Part shown: positions 44,280-54,968 of the stretch, in pieces
How the letters are laid out: the number at the start of each line of letters is the position of its first letter
How positions within the stretch are numbered: the first letter of the stretch is position 1
Assembly (NCBI GenBank): GCA_963845755.1
Contig: CAWJTV010000033.1
Span: 384,001-448,000, forward strand
DNA: 64,000 nucleotides
Direction: 5' to 3'
DNA from: an uncultured Planctomycetota bacterium
Lineage (GTDB): Bacteria > Planctomycetota > Planctomycetia > Isosphaerales > Isosphaeraceae
Program-made: the position numbers and the translations under genes
Notes under the pieces: generated by a model
Databases searched by the model: none
What the model saw: the letters and a program-made list of their open reading frames with translations, nothing else
What the model was told of the DNA's origin: nothing

Positions 44280-45377
44280 ATGTCTTCCAGCCTGGCACCG
44301 TTCCTCCTGATCGCCGCGACCCTCAGCGGTCAGCATCCTGCAGGCGGCCCGGGTCCCGCGTCGGCGATGCCGGCCGAAGAGGTGGCCCGCCTCGAAGCCC
44401 GTCATCTGAAGAAGATCCAGCAGGTGACTTACGGATTGGCCCGCGCCGGGGAGGGCTATTTCAGCCCCGATGGCCAGTCGATCATCTTCCAGGCGGTCTC
44501 CCACGTGCCGCCCTCGATCTTCCACCACCCCAAGCCCGACGAGGACGGCTATCAAATCTTCCTCGGTGCCCTGAAAGCAGACACCCCGGCCCGGATGGTC
44601 AGCACGGGCAAAGGACGCTGCACTTGCCCCTATTTCCACCCCAACGGCCGGTCGATTCTTTTTGCCTCGACCCACCTGAACCCCAGCACGGACGTCGAGC
44701 CGCCCAAGGGGCCGGCTTATAGCCGCACCGCCCGATACCGTTGGGAGTTCCCCGAATCGATGGACATCTTCGCCGCCGATCTCGACGGCAAGAACCTCGT
44801 CCGACTGACCGATACGCCCGGCTACGATGCCGAGGGAAGTTATTCGGCCGACGGCTCGAAGATCGTCTTCACCTCGTTCCGCGACGGCGACGCCGAGATC
44901 TTCATCATGGACGCCGACGGCAAGAACCCGCGCCGGATCACCCACGCCAAGGGGTACGACGGCGGGCCGTTCTTCTCGCCCGATGGTAAGCGAATCATCT
45001 ATCGTAGCGACCGAAAGAGCAACGACCTGCTACAGGTCTACGTAAACAATACGGAGGGCACGGCGGAACGGGCCTTGACTAACAACGAATTCGTGAACTG
45101 GTGCCCGTACTGGTACCCGGACAGCCGCCACATCATCTACGCGACCAGCAAGCACGGCCATAGCAACTACGAGCTGTACCTAATGGACGTGGACCGCGGC
45201 AGCGAAGAGCGGATCACGTACCAGGAAGGATTCGACGGATTGCCGGTCTTCAGCCCCGACGGCAAGCGGCTGATGTGGACCTCCAGCGGGCGGACCGCCG
45301 ATCACAAGAGCCAGCTCTTCATCGCGGAGTTCACCCGGGATCCCGCGACCCGCGCCGAAGCGGCTGCATCTCGATGA
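44280..45377 (+). CDS. TolB-like PD40 beta-propeller protein
   Basis: Signal peptide; GEGYFSPDG, GYDAEGSYSADG, YDGGPFFSPDG, FDGLPVFSPDG. Confidence 0.88.
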   Translation: MSSSLAPFLLIAATLSGQHPAGGPGPASAMPAEEVARLEARHLKKIQQVTYGLARAGEGYFSPDGQSIIFQAVSHVPPSIFHHPKPDEDGYQIFLGALKADTPARMVSTGKGRCTCPYFHPNGRSILFASTHLNPSTDVEPPKGPAYSRTARYRWEFPESMDIFAADLDGKNLVRLTDTPGYDAEGSYSADGSKIVFTSFRDGDAEIFIMDADGKNPRRITHAKGYDGGPFFSPDGKRIIYRSDRKSNDLLQVYVNNTEGTAERALTNNEFVNWCPYWYPDSRHIIYATSKHGHSNYELYLMDVDRGSEERITYQEGFDGLPVFSPDGKRLMWTSSGRTADHKSQLFIAEFTRDPATRAEAAASR

Positions 45378-45436
45378 GCGAATGGGATGTTCGAAAGCAA
45401 TGCGATAACCCCGTTACCCAGGAGTACGACAAGACC

Positions 45437-45925
45437 ATGGGACCCAAGGACGTCATCCGGAACACGCTCGACATCAGCGAGTTCATCCTCAAGAGCTACG
45501 TGAAGGATCTCTCGGATGCCGAACTGCGGCTTCGGCCGGTCGAAGGCATGCATCCGATCGCGCTCCAGCTCGGACACTTGATCGTCGCCGAGCGGATGTT
45601 CAACGACATGATCAAGCCGGGCTCGGCCCCGGCTCTGCCCGACGGATTCGCCGAGGCCCACGACATCAAAAAGGCTGAGGGCGACGATTCGCGGTTCAAG
45701 AGCCGGGACGAGTACGTCAAGCTGATGGACCAGCAGCGCGCCGCAACCAAGGCGACCCTCGACAGCATCAGCGACGCCGAGCTGGATGACAACCGCGATG
45801 GCAAGCTCCCCGAGTGGGCGCCGACGGTTGCCGCGGTCCTCAACATGGCCGGCCTGCACCCGCTGAACCATTCCGGCCAGTTCGTCGCGGTCCGCCGGAT
45901 GCTCAAGAAGCCGATCGCGTTTTGA
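45437..45925 (+). CDS. DinB-family protein
   Basis: HPIALQLGHL ... HPLNHSGQF His motif; AGGAG RBS. Confidence 0.85.
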   Translation: MGPKDVIRNTLDISEFILKSYVKDLSDAELRLRPVEGMHPIALQLGHLIVAERMFNDMIKPGSAPALPDGFAEAHDIKKAEGDDSRFKSRDEYVKLMDQQRAATKATLDSISDAELDDNRDGKLPEWAPTVAAVLNMAGLHPLNHSGQFVAVRRMLKKPIAF

Positions 45926-46448
45926 GTGATCGTCGCCGGCGCGTTTCGAGGTGGAACCGCTCGGACGAAATGGCCGGCCCGGGAATTCGGTACTTGTCGT
46001 CATCGCCTTCATTCGAGGCGGCAAAGCGTCATTTCGGAGTCCGAGCCTACACATAGACCACCACGCCGAGTGCGTCGCCAAGCTTCAAGTCGGTATTCGG
46101 TCCTTCGCTGCGCGGCGGGTAGACGGATGCGCCTCCCGCCGCATGGTACTTCAAACACTAATGGCCTGGGCGGGTTCGCAGGCGGGAGTTAACCAGAAAT
46201 CCGTAAAGGCTCACTGATCGCATTTCGATCGCTATACCCGCCGACTTCATCTCCAGGCCGAGCGATTGGTTCTGAGCCCGATCCTGCCGATCGGTGTGCA
46301 TGACGATCCGGTCCAGTAATCAGGGATATCTTCCGGTGGACCTATTGAGAGTGATTCTCGGGTCGTGATCATCGGCGGTCAATGAGAGCGCGGATCGCCA
46401 GGACGGTTCGCAGTGGACCCTTTCGAGACCGCGCTCGTTTGGAGCACA

Positions 46449-49400
46449 TCAAATTCCGACCGGATACTTATGATGTGCTGCAGGTTCGGCCACGTCTCCC
46501 GTTGCGATCGGTTTGTCGCTTGCTGGCCCGACGAGGGTGTCAGCACCCGGAGTGCGAGGCCCATCGTTGACTTGACGGCGTGTCTCGGTGGAGTTGGCGT
46601 TTCTCCGACTTCGTGCCGCCGGGTTCCAGACTCGTAGCCACTCCTCCGCGGGTTCAACGATCTCCGTCTTCAGCGAAGCCATGAGGTGGGCGGGGTTATC
46701 GTAGAGGAATACGGGCAGGAGCAACCATTCAAATTTGGCGAATTCCTCGAAGAGGGAGAAGGAACCGTGCGTGTCCCGACGGTCGAGGATTGGTCGGACT
46801 GGGACGGACAGGTTTGGGAGGATGGATTGAAGCTCCGCGGGGACGGACCGGGCGTCGGTAATGTCGACGATGAGGAAGCGGGAGAGATAAGCCAGCAGTG
46901 TCACGGTCTCGACGCGGTCGCGTCGGGACGGTTTGTCGAAGTCGAAGATGGCCGGCATGTAACCGAGCTGGCGCAGCTCACCCCACATCTCGTCGAGCAC
47001 CGACTTCCTCTCGGGCGAAAACCGGCCCAGTAACAGCACGACCTTGGAGGTGAGCTGCTCGATGAGATTGCGGAACTTGAGGTTCTCGATGCGCCGCAGG
47101 GACGCTTCATCGATCCCGGTACGTCAACCGATCTCCGTGATAATCTCCTCGGGCACGAGTCGGGGCCTGGTGACGGTCAGTGGTCCGCTGTCGAACCCGA
47201 TGTCGGCCTGCTCACGCGGCGACGCGGCGCTGTCCCAGACCGCGTACAGGAAGCTATGAGAGTTGCCGAGCGGGGCACGCCTGGCGGCCTCATCGGCGTC
47301 GTCGAGGAAGCTCCGCCATCGCTCGGAGTCCGAGCCGATCGTCACGACGCGGTCCTGGGCCGCGAGGTATTCGGCCAGCGTGTCGAACCCGAACCGGACG
47401 CGCCCGGTCTGTTCTCGCCGCAGGATGCGGAGCCGATCGACCAGGTAGTCCAGAGCGGCTTCCGGCACGGACCGGGACCGCAGAGTCGACAGGATGTCGT
47501 TCCGTTCGGCGGACAGAGGGCGGTATTCGGTCCGGACGCATTCCCACGCCACCGCACGAGCGCCACTGGTCAACGACGTCATCCGAGAGGTGATCCGGCT
47601 CGGCCACGTTGCGATTCTGTTCGACCACGTAGTAGCTCATCAACTCCGGGACGCTCAGGGGTTGTGCGACCCCGTCGGCCCCTTCTCGATCGGCGATCAG
47701 GCGGTCGGCATACAACTTGGGGAAGAGCACAGGGATGCTTCGGTCTGTCCGGCCAAGCATGTTCGCCAAACGGCGCCGCGCCTCCTCGTATTCGGGGTCA
47801 GTAAAGAGGTCGCGTTTGCCGCGCTGGCTCAGGTAGGCGTCCAGGAACCGCGTGAGGTGGTTGCCGTCGATCTTCAACGTCTCGATCCGGTCGGTGACGG
47901 AACCATCGAGTTCTTCACTGGCCCGCGACGTGATGACCAGGGCGTTGATTGGCAGTGTATTTCGATTCATGCGGATCGTGGCGCGGGTTTCCTGGCTCAT
48001 CTCGGAGAGATGATCGACGATCACCAGGAGGCGTCGGAGTCGGAGCAGTTGGTCAAGGAGATCGTCGGAGACCGTCGTACCCTGGCCGACGAGGTCGAGG
48101 AGAGCGCTTCGGATGGCATCGCGCAAGGGATCGAGACCGGCCGGTAACTCGTGCTCGATGAGGATGGGTAACATCGCGTGTGGCGTGAGCCCGGATTCCC
48201 CGGCGGGTTCGAGGGCCCAGGCCGCCAGCAGGCAAGCGAGGGTCGTCTTGCCGGTCCCGCCCTCGCCATGGATGAGCAGGCGAATCGAGTCCCTCTCGAA
48301 GACGGGACGGAGTCGTTCTCGGAGAAGCTCGGGGCTGGGATCGTTCTCGGTCTTGTCGATGACCCACAAGGGCAAGGGAACCCAACCTTTGGTGTCCAGA
48401 GTGTTGTCGAGGCGGGCCTTGACCGTGAACCGGTCTTCGAAGACCCGTCCGGCGAGCTCGCGGTACTGAACCACCCAGCTATCAAGAACCTCCGGGTGTC
48501 TCAGATACTCGTCACGGACCGACTCGCCAAGGTCCTCTAAACGGCTTCGTCCGTTCCGGAAAGACCTGACCCAGGCGATCCGGACACGTCGCATGGTGGC
48601 GAAGGCCGGGAGACCCGTGAGTGCTAGGGCCCACCGGACGATCGACCTCGCGGATCGGGAGGGGTCGAGCGGTTCGATCAAGGCGCGCGAGAGTGCGCTC
48701 CACAATCGCACCATGCCGACCGGATAGACGACGAGCAGGAACCCGCACGCCACCAGATAGGTCGCGATCGCGCCCGCGGCGCAGATCCCGGCTTTCACCC
48801 AGAAGGGCTGACGATTCCAAAGGGGCCGGTACGTATATCCTTCGGGAAGCTCGTGCGTGTAAGTCAAGCCCGTATTGTCGCGGAGCGTAACGCGATAGAA
48901 GAGGCTGATACCCGGGAGGATCTGATACTCGGGCGCGTCCGGAGACCAATCCAGGCCCGTCGCGGTGACTTTCGATACGTCCATGGTTCGCCAGGCGGCC
49001 GTCGGACTCTGGCGGAATTCGACGGCGACGCAAGTGACCGTCTCCGGATGCTCATCTCGGGCCTTCCAACTCAACTGAACCCTCGGCCCGCGCTCGATGG
49101 AGTTGAACTCCGCCAGTGAGGGCGCGTCGCCGGTCCAGGTCGCGACGAGCCTCGTGTCCGATTGGCCGACGGCCCAGCCATGATGAGAATCGACGAAATG
49201 AACGGAGGTGAGGTTCATCGCCGTTCCGCTGAGTTGAAGTTTCCAGGACTTGCCGCCGTCGGCCGTGGCGACGATAATCCCCTGTTGGCCGACGGCCCAA
49301 CCGTGGTGAACGTCGGTGAAACTGACACTGACCAGGAATTGCTGTATCCCGCTGTCCTGGGTCGTCCAGGTCTTGCCGGCGTCGGCGGTAGCGACGATCG

Positions 49401-51829
49401 TACCTTCATAGCCGACAGACCAGCCGTGTTGGGCATCGGCGAAAGCGAGCCCGAGTAGGCCCGCGGAGGTTCCGCTCCGCTGTGAGGTCCAGGTCTTGCC
49501 GCCATCGGCGGTGGCGACGATCGTGCCCGCTTCGCCGACGGCATAGCCGTGGAGCACATCGGTGAAGACGACACCCCCCAGGGCTGCCTGAGTTCCGCTC
49601 GTCTGGGCCCTCCAATTCGTGCCACCGTCTTCCGTGGAGAGAACGGTACCCAGATGGCCGACGACCCAGCCGTGCATCGCGTCGGAAAAGTGGACGCTGA
49701 TGAGCAGAGCCGTCGTGCCGCTGACCTGGGCTGTCCAGGTCTTGCCGCCATCCGCCGTCGCGACGATCACGCCCCCCATTCCCACAGCCCAGCCGCGTTG
49801 CGCGTCGATGAAGTAGACGTCCTCGAACCCCTCCGTCATGCCGCTAGACTGGGTCGTCCACGTCTTGCCGCCATCGGCGGTGGCGAGGATCGTACCCTCG
49901 ATGCCGACGGCCGAGCCATGTTGTTGATCGGCGAAGTGCACCTCGGTGAGCATGGGTTTGTTCGACCCCCCGACCTGCTTGACCCACGTCTTGCCGCCGT
50001 CGGCCGTCGCGAGGATCAAACCCTTGATGCCGATGGCCCAGCCGCGTTGCGCGTCAACGAAGCTGACGTCGTTCAGCACCTCGTTGGTCCCACTCTTCTG
50101 GGGAGTCCAGGTCGTGCCCCCATCGGCGGTCGCCAGGATCAAGCCAAACATGCCGACGGCCCAACCGTGTTGCGCGTCGAACGAAACTGACGCTGCCGAT
50201 TGCCAGTTGTGTCCCGCTGTTCTGAGCATCCCAGGACTTGCCGCCGTCACTGGTCGCGACGATCAATCCCCCCATTCCCACGACCCAACCGTGTTGCGCA
50301 TCGGAGAACTCGACGTCGAGCAAAGGCGGCGACCTGAAACTGGCCTGGTTGTTCCAGGACGTACCGCCGTCGGCGGTGGCGAGGATCACGCCCTGTGCGC
50401 TGACGGCCCAGCCGTGTCGTGCGTCAGGAAAGCTAACGCTGAAGAGAAATGGCGGCATTCCCCTGGCCTGAAAGGTCCAGGACGTGCCGCCATCGGCGGT
50501 GGCGAGGATCGAGCCGTCGGAGCCAACCGCCCACCCGTGTTTCAAGTCGGCGAAGTCCACCCGATTGAGAAAGGTTTGCGTCCCGGAGGACTGCGGGGTC
50601 CAGGACTTGCCACCATCGGCGGTGGCGATGACGGTGCCGACATCACCGACGACCCAGCCGTGTTGCAAGTCGACGAAGTGGACACCGCGCAGATTGGCCG
50701 ACGTTCCGCTCGACTGTTTGGCCCAACTCTTACCCCCATCGGTTGTCGCCAGGATTACGCCCGCCGCACCGACGGCCCAGCCGTGCCGTGCGTCCGCAAA
50801 GTGGACGCGAATGAGAGAAGTGCCCTCCGGACCGCTGGACTGTGCGGTCCAGCTCTTGCCACCGTCAACGGTCTGGATGATCACACCATCGTCACCGGCG
50901 GCCCAGCCGTGCTGCGCGTCGGCGAAGTGGACGGAGCTAATCGAGGAGATCGTGCCGCTGACTCGATGGCTCCAGGTCGCGCCTCCGTCCGAGGTCTCGA
51001 GAATGACGCCGTCGCCACCGACGGCACAGCCGTGCCGCAGATCCGAAAAGTGTACACCGATCAATCTTGACGTAAGATCCGAGTTCTGTTTGGTCCATGT
51101 CTTACCCCCGTCGATTGTCGAGACGATCGTGCCCCCTTCGCCGACCGCCCACCCGTGTTTCGGATCGGCGAAGTGAACATGGTAGAGGTACGCCATCGTC
51201 CCACTCGCCTGGCGCGACCAGATCCTGCCTCCGTCGCCGGTCGTCAGAATCGTGCCTGCCTCACCGACCACCCACCCGTGTTCTGCGTCGGCGAAGTGGA
51301 TCCCGAGAAGTCCGTCCGTCCTGCCGCCGACGGGGAGTTTGACCCAGGTCTTACCCCCATCAACGGTCGTTACGACCGTACCCTGGAGGCCGACGGCCCA
51401 GCCATGTACCGCATCAATGAAGTGGATTCCATAGAGGGGCGTACTGGTGCCGCTGGACTGTTTGTTCCAGGTCGCGCCACCATCTCTCGTCGACAGGATG
51501 GTGCCAGCCAGGCCGCTTACCCAGCCATGCCGTGCATCAGTGAAGCTCATTCCGAGGAGGTCGGCGGTCGTGCCGCTGGCCTGCTGAACCCAGGTCTTGC
51601 CCCCATCGTCCGTCCTCATGATGGTGCCCCCGGAGCCAACGACCCAGGCGAGCTTGGGCGAAATGCTGAAGATCGTAAATAGATAAGTCGCTTGAGTCTT
51701 CCATTGCACGCCCACGGGCAAGTCGAGCGGTTGCTGGAGTACCTGCGGACCCCTGTCGGCATTCGAACAAGCCGATGCGAAGAACGGCAAGGCGGCCAGG
51801 AGCAGCGTGAGTCGGCGAATGTGGCGCAT
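46449..51829 (-). CDS. Lipoprotein - 21x BNR/YCF48 repeats - Fn3-like - TM - NACHT-like NTPase - TIR/NDT-like protein (frameshifts ~50180, ~47570; in-frame TGA 47124-47126)
   Basis: MRHIRRLTLLLAALPFFASAC lipobox; GWxVGxxGxIxxTxDGGxTW repeats; TM ~48720-48804; Walker A GEGGTGKT, Walker B LLVIVDHLSE, FGFDTLAEYLAA; C-terminal VVLLLGRFSPERK..FDFDKP..RFLIVDITDARSVPAEL. Confidence 0.78.
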
Positions 51830-52130
51830 CGAATTCAAGCCCTGGAACTCGGCTATGATGAGGTGTGGATTGCGAGATCGAATTGCTCGCGACACGGTGG
51901 GATTTGATCCCTCCGGGGCAATCCCGAGGCAGTGAAATCGTCGGTCTCCATGCGCGAGCCCCGTAACCTCCAGCCCATTGCGATGTGTGGTCGTCAGCGA
52001 CCAGGCTGTTTCCGATCGGGATTCCCAAGATTTCCGAATAGTATTGCCATCATAGTCGCGATATGCAATGGTCAGGAGGCGATCCGGGCTAGAGCGCTTA
52101 ACCGATGGGTTAAGCCCAAGAACAGCCGGT

Positions 52131-52849
52131 CTACGGCGGCCCAGCTCCGTGAGGCTGGCTTCGACACCACCGTTCCAACCTCGGCAATCCGGGATCGAAC
52201 CCCGCCCGGCGCATGCGCGGAGATGCCCGGCAAGCATTCGTAGGTCAGCCGGCCGACCGAGGGTATACCACGGCGGCAACAGCGCCAGCGACCGATCGGT
52301 GTCCGCCAGCCGGTCGATCGTCTGGCTCAGCACATCCGGGCGATCCCAATCGATTCCTTCCAGGATCGACGGCGCCGGACGGCGTGCGCCGAGGAGGTAG
52401 AATCCGCCGTCGGTCGCGGGACCGAGCACGACGTCGCGGCCTTCCAGGCAGAGGAACGCACTCACCACGATCGTCGGGTCGAGCGTGGGCGAGTCGGAGC
52501 CGATCAGGACTACGCGATCGGCCCCATCGTCCAGCTCTCCGGCCAGGAACGCCTCCATCCTCTGACCGTGGTCGCCGTCAACCTGGGGCTGCATGGCGAA
52601 CGAGCTGGGGACCCGGTCATCGAACCACGGCCCGGCATCGTTGGGGGCGTAGACCAGCACGCGACGGCCTCCAGGACTCAGGTTCTCCGGCGAGTCCCAG
52701 ACGTCGAGCGTGTCGAAGAGCATCGCTTCATGGACCTCGGCCGCGACATCCGGCCCCCACTCCGCCGCCAGCCTCGCCTTGACCCGGCCGGGCTCGGGCA
52801 TTTCGCCGAAGATTCCCAGTACGCAATTGTCGGGAAGCGTCCAGGCCAT
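52131..52849 (-). CDS. DUF2064/TIGR04282 glycosyltransferase-like protein (frameshift ~52215)
   Basis: PEPGRVKARL, QVDGDHGQRM, VVLIGSDSP, VVLGPATDGGFYLLG. Confidence 0.85.
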
Positions 52850-52850
52850 C

Positions 52851-53171
52851 TCAGCCTCCCTCATCCGGAGTCGTCGGATTGCGGCTCTCGGCCAGCAAGA
52901 GTCGATTCAGGAGTACCGGGTTCACCACGCCGCGGAACCGCACCTTGCCGTTGACCGCCACCACGGGGACCTCGGTGTTGTACTTCGCAACCAGCTCGGG
53001 ATCGGTGTCGATATCGACCTCCTCGATCGCGAACCCGCAGCGCGCCTGGTAGTCCCGCAGCAGATCGAGCGCCTTATGGCAACAGCCGCATTGGTCGCGC
53101 GAATAGACGGTGAACGTCAGGTGTTCGGCCCGAGGCGAACGGCGGAAGAGGCACGTCAGCAAGGATGTCAT
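52851..53171 (-). CDS. Glutaredoxin-like (DUF836) protein
   Basis: VYSRDQCGCCHKA, EEVDIDTDPELVAKYNTEVPVV. Confidence 0.88.
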   Translation of the reverse strand: MTSLLTCLFRRSPRAEHLTFTVYSRDQCGCCHKALDLLRDYQARCGFAIEEVDIDTDPELVAKYNTEVPVVAVNGKVRFRGVVNPVLLNRLLLAESRNPTTPDEGG

Positions 53172-53184
53172 CGGTTCCTCGTAA

Positions 53185-53406
53185 TCAGCGTTGGGGCAGG
53201 CTGAAGTCGTGATCGTAGAATTCGAGCCGGCCGCATTTCTCGCAACGGTAGAGATCCAGCGGCTTGATCCGCTCACCGAGGTCGGCAAGCTCGCCGAGGA
53301 AAAAATGCCAGCCGGACGTCGTGCCGCCGACGCGGACCGGCAACTGACCCAGCCCGCGCAGTTCGACCTTGCAATGCGGGCATGACGGGGTTTCGTAGGA
53401 TTCCAT
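53185..53406 (-). CDS. Small zinc-ribbon protein
   Basis: CPHC ... YRCEKCGRLEFY; GGAG RBS. Confidence 0.75.
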   Translation of the reverse strand: MESYETPSCPHCKVELRGLGQLPVRVGGTTSGWHFFLGELADLGERIKPLDLYRCEKCGRLEFYDHDFSLPQR

Positions 53407-53505
53407 GAGAAACACTCCTCTGGAATGGTCTTTCCCGCGCTCCGACGGGCGACCATCGGGACCGAACCTGTACGTCCTCACCGAAGATATCTACGACTTC
53501 TCGAG

Positions 53506-54110
53506 TTACCGGCGCTTCGCTGTTTTGCTTCGTCTCTTCTTGGGAGGTTTGATGGGGACCTTTTCCTCTCCCTTATCCGAAGGTGCGGGCGTGTCGATCA
53601 ATTCGACGAGCCTCTGCTCGTAGTCGTCGAACTTCTCGAGCATCATCCCCCAGAAGGTTCTGTCGGACATCTCTTCGCCAAGAACTCGTTCACGAACTGC
53701 TCGACCGCTCTCAGCCAATCAATGATCATCGCGTTGGAAAGCGACGTCACCGGAAGGTGCCCAGGCCCCCTCTGCGAATTGCGGTCGGCGCAATGCGCAA
53801 TCCAATGTCTTCGAGTCATCATCGCTGCCAAATCCGATGCATACCTGTTGACAATACCCGACTTTCCGCACATCACGCACGGAATTTCCTCGAATTCCCT
53901 TCGGTGCCCCGTGTCACGTACGGTGACGATGCGGCAGCGCCGGTCCTCGCGCGGGCGGTGGTCTCGGAGAATTGACAGGATGCGGAGCCGCTCGAAGAAG
54001 CGGTCGAGGATCGAGAGGACGCCGATGGCGGAGGAGTAGAGGGTCCCGCCTGCGGCGCGGGCGATCCGGCCGGGCTGTCGAGCGAACGGGGTAGGGCAGC
54101 AGTTGGACAT
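53506..54110 (-). pseudogene. Possible degraded hypothetical gene
   Basis: Protein-like C-terminus (FWGMMLEKFDDYEQRLVEL..KKRRSKTAKRR) joined across a frameshift ~53672; family not recognised. Confidence 0.3.
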
Positions 54111-54494
54111 TGCCTTGTCGTAGGACCAGGTCAAATGGGGTTCATCCGGATCCGTGGCGCGCCGGTCTTGAAAACGGTGGAGTTGTGATCTGGCCTCGCC
54201 CACGGCGAATCCGTGCCCCAAAGGGGCCGCAACATAACAGCCCGGGGCAACGCCCCGGGAACGGAGCCCCCAACGGGAAAATGCCCTGAAAGAGCGACAC
54301 AGGTGCAGGCCGCCGGCCCGGTTTGTCTGGCCCCTACCTTCTCGACATATGTCCGACCGCATCCTCGGCACGCAAAGAAGCCGGTCGGACAGCATGTTTC
54401 AGAAGGCTGATCCGGACCATATGTTGTCCAGCGACACGACATATGTACGGATCTTCATGGCAGGGATTGGGGTGGGCGACGCGTCCCCGGGGCA

Positions 54495-54752
54495 TTGCAG
54501 GGGGACCGGGGTTACGACTCGGAGGCGGTACGGCAGGCGTTGCGCGGCCGGGGCATCACTCCGGTGCTGGCGGCTCGGTATACGGAGCATGGCAGCGGCC
54601 TGGGCGTGTCCCGCTGGTTTGTGGAGCGGACCATCGCCTGGCTGCATTCCTTTGGCCGGCTGCGCCGCCGCTTGGACCGACTCACAGAGATTCAAGACGC
54701 ATTCCTCAACTTAGCTTGTTCGTTGATCTTTTTGAAGCTCTCGGGCCGATGA
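54495..54752 (+). mobile_element. IS5-family transposase C-terminal remnant
   Basis: GDRGYDS, RWFVERTIAWLHSFGRLRRR. Confidence 0.85.
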
Positions 54753-54968
54753 CCAGCGATTCCGCAACTCGGGGGGTCTTGAGCAACCGAGACGGTCCCC
54801 CGTGCTCAGTTTCGTAGGTTTTCCGGTTTTCCGGCTTGCAGAGGATGGGAGGGAAGCACTTTCGCGACGTGCTCGGGCGCGGACTTGGAGTCGGGGACAG
54901 AGTCTCCTCGGGACCGCCGCCACGGGCATCGTGGCGGGGTCAGGTCGCGGGGCATGCCGGTCCGATCT

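Noticed and set aside
43590..44945. 451-aa ORF as an extended adenosyltransferase
   Set aside because: The extension is antisense to the TolB-like gene; the family N-terminus (IYTKTGD) begins at GTG 44162.
27359..47126. TGA recoding as a genome-wide explanation for in-frame stops
   Set aside because: TGA is the normal stop of dnaX, recR, rpoN and others in this window.
22993..51660. Diversity-generating retroelement behind the variable repeats
   Set aside because: No reverse transcriptase or template/variable repeat pair with adenine-specific differences was seen.
50054..52864. 936-aa ORF suggesting a DUF2064-YCF48 fusion
   Set aside because: A frameshift near 52215 carries the DUF2064 frame through non-protein-like intergenic sequence; the repeat protein has its own start and lipoprotein signal at 51829.
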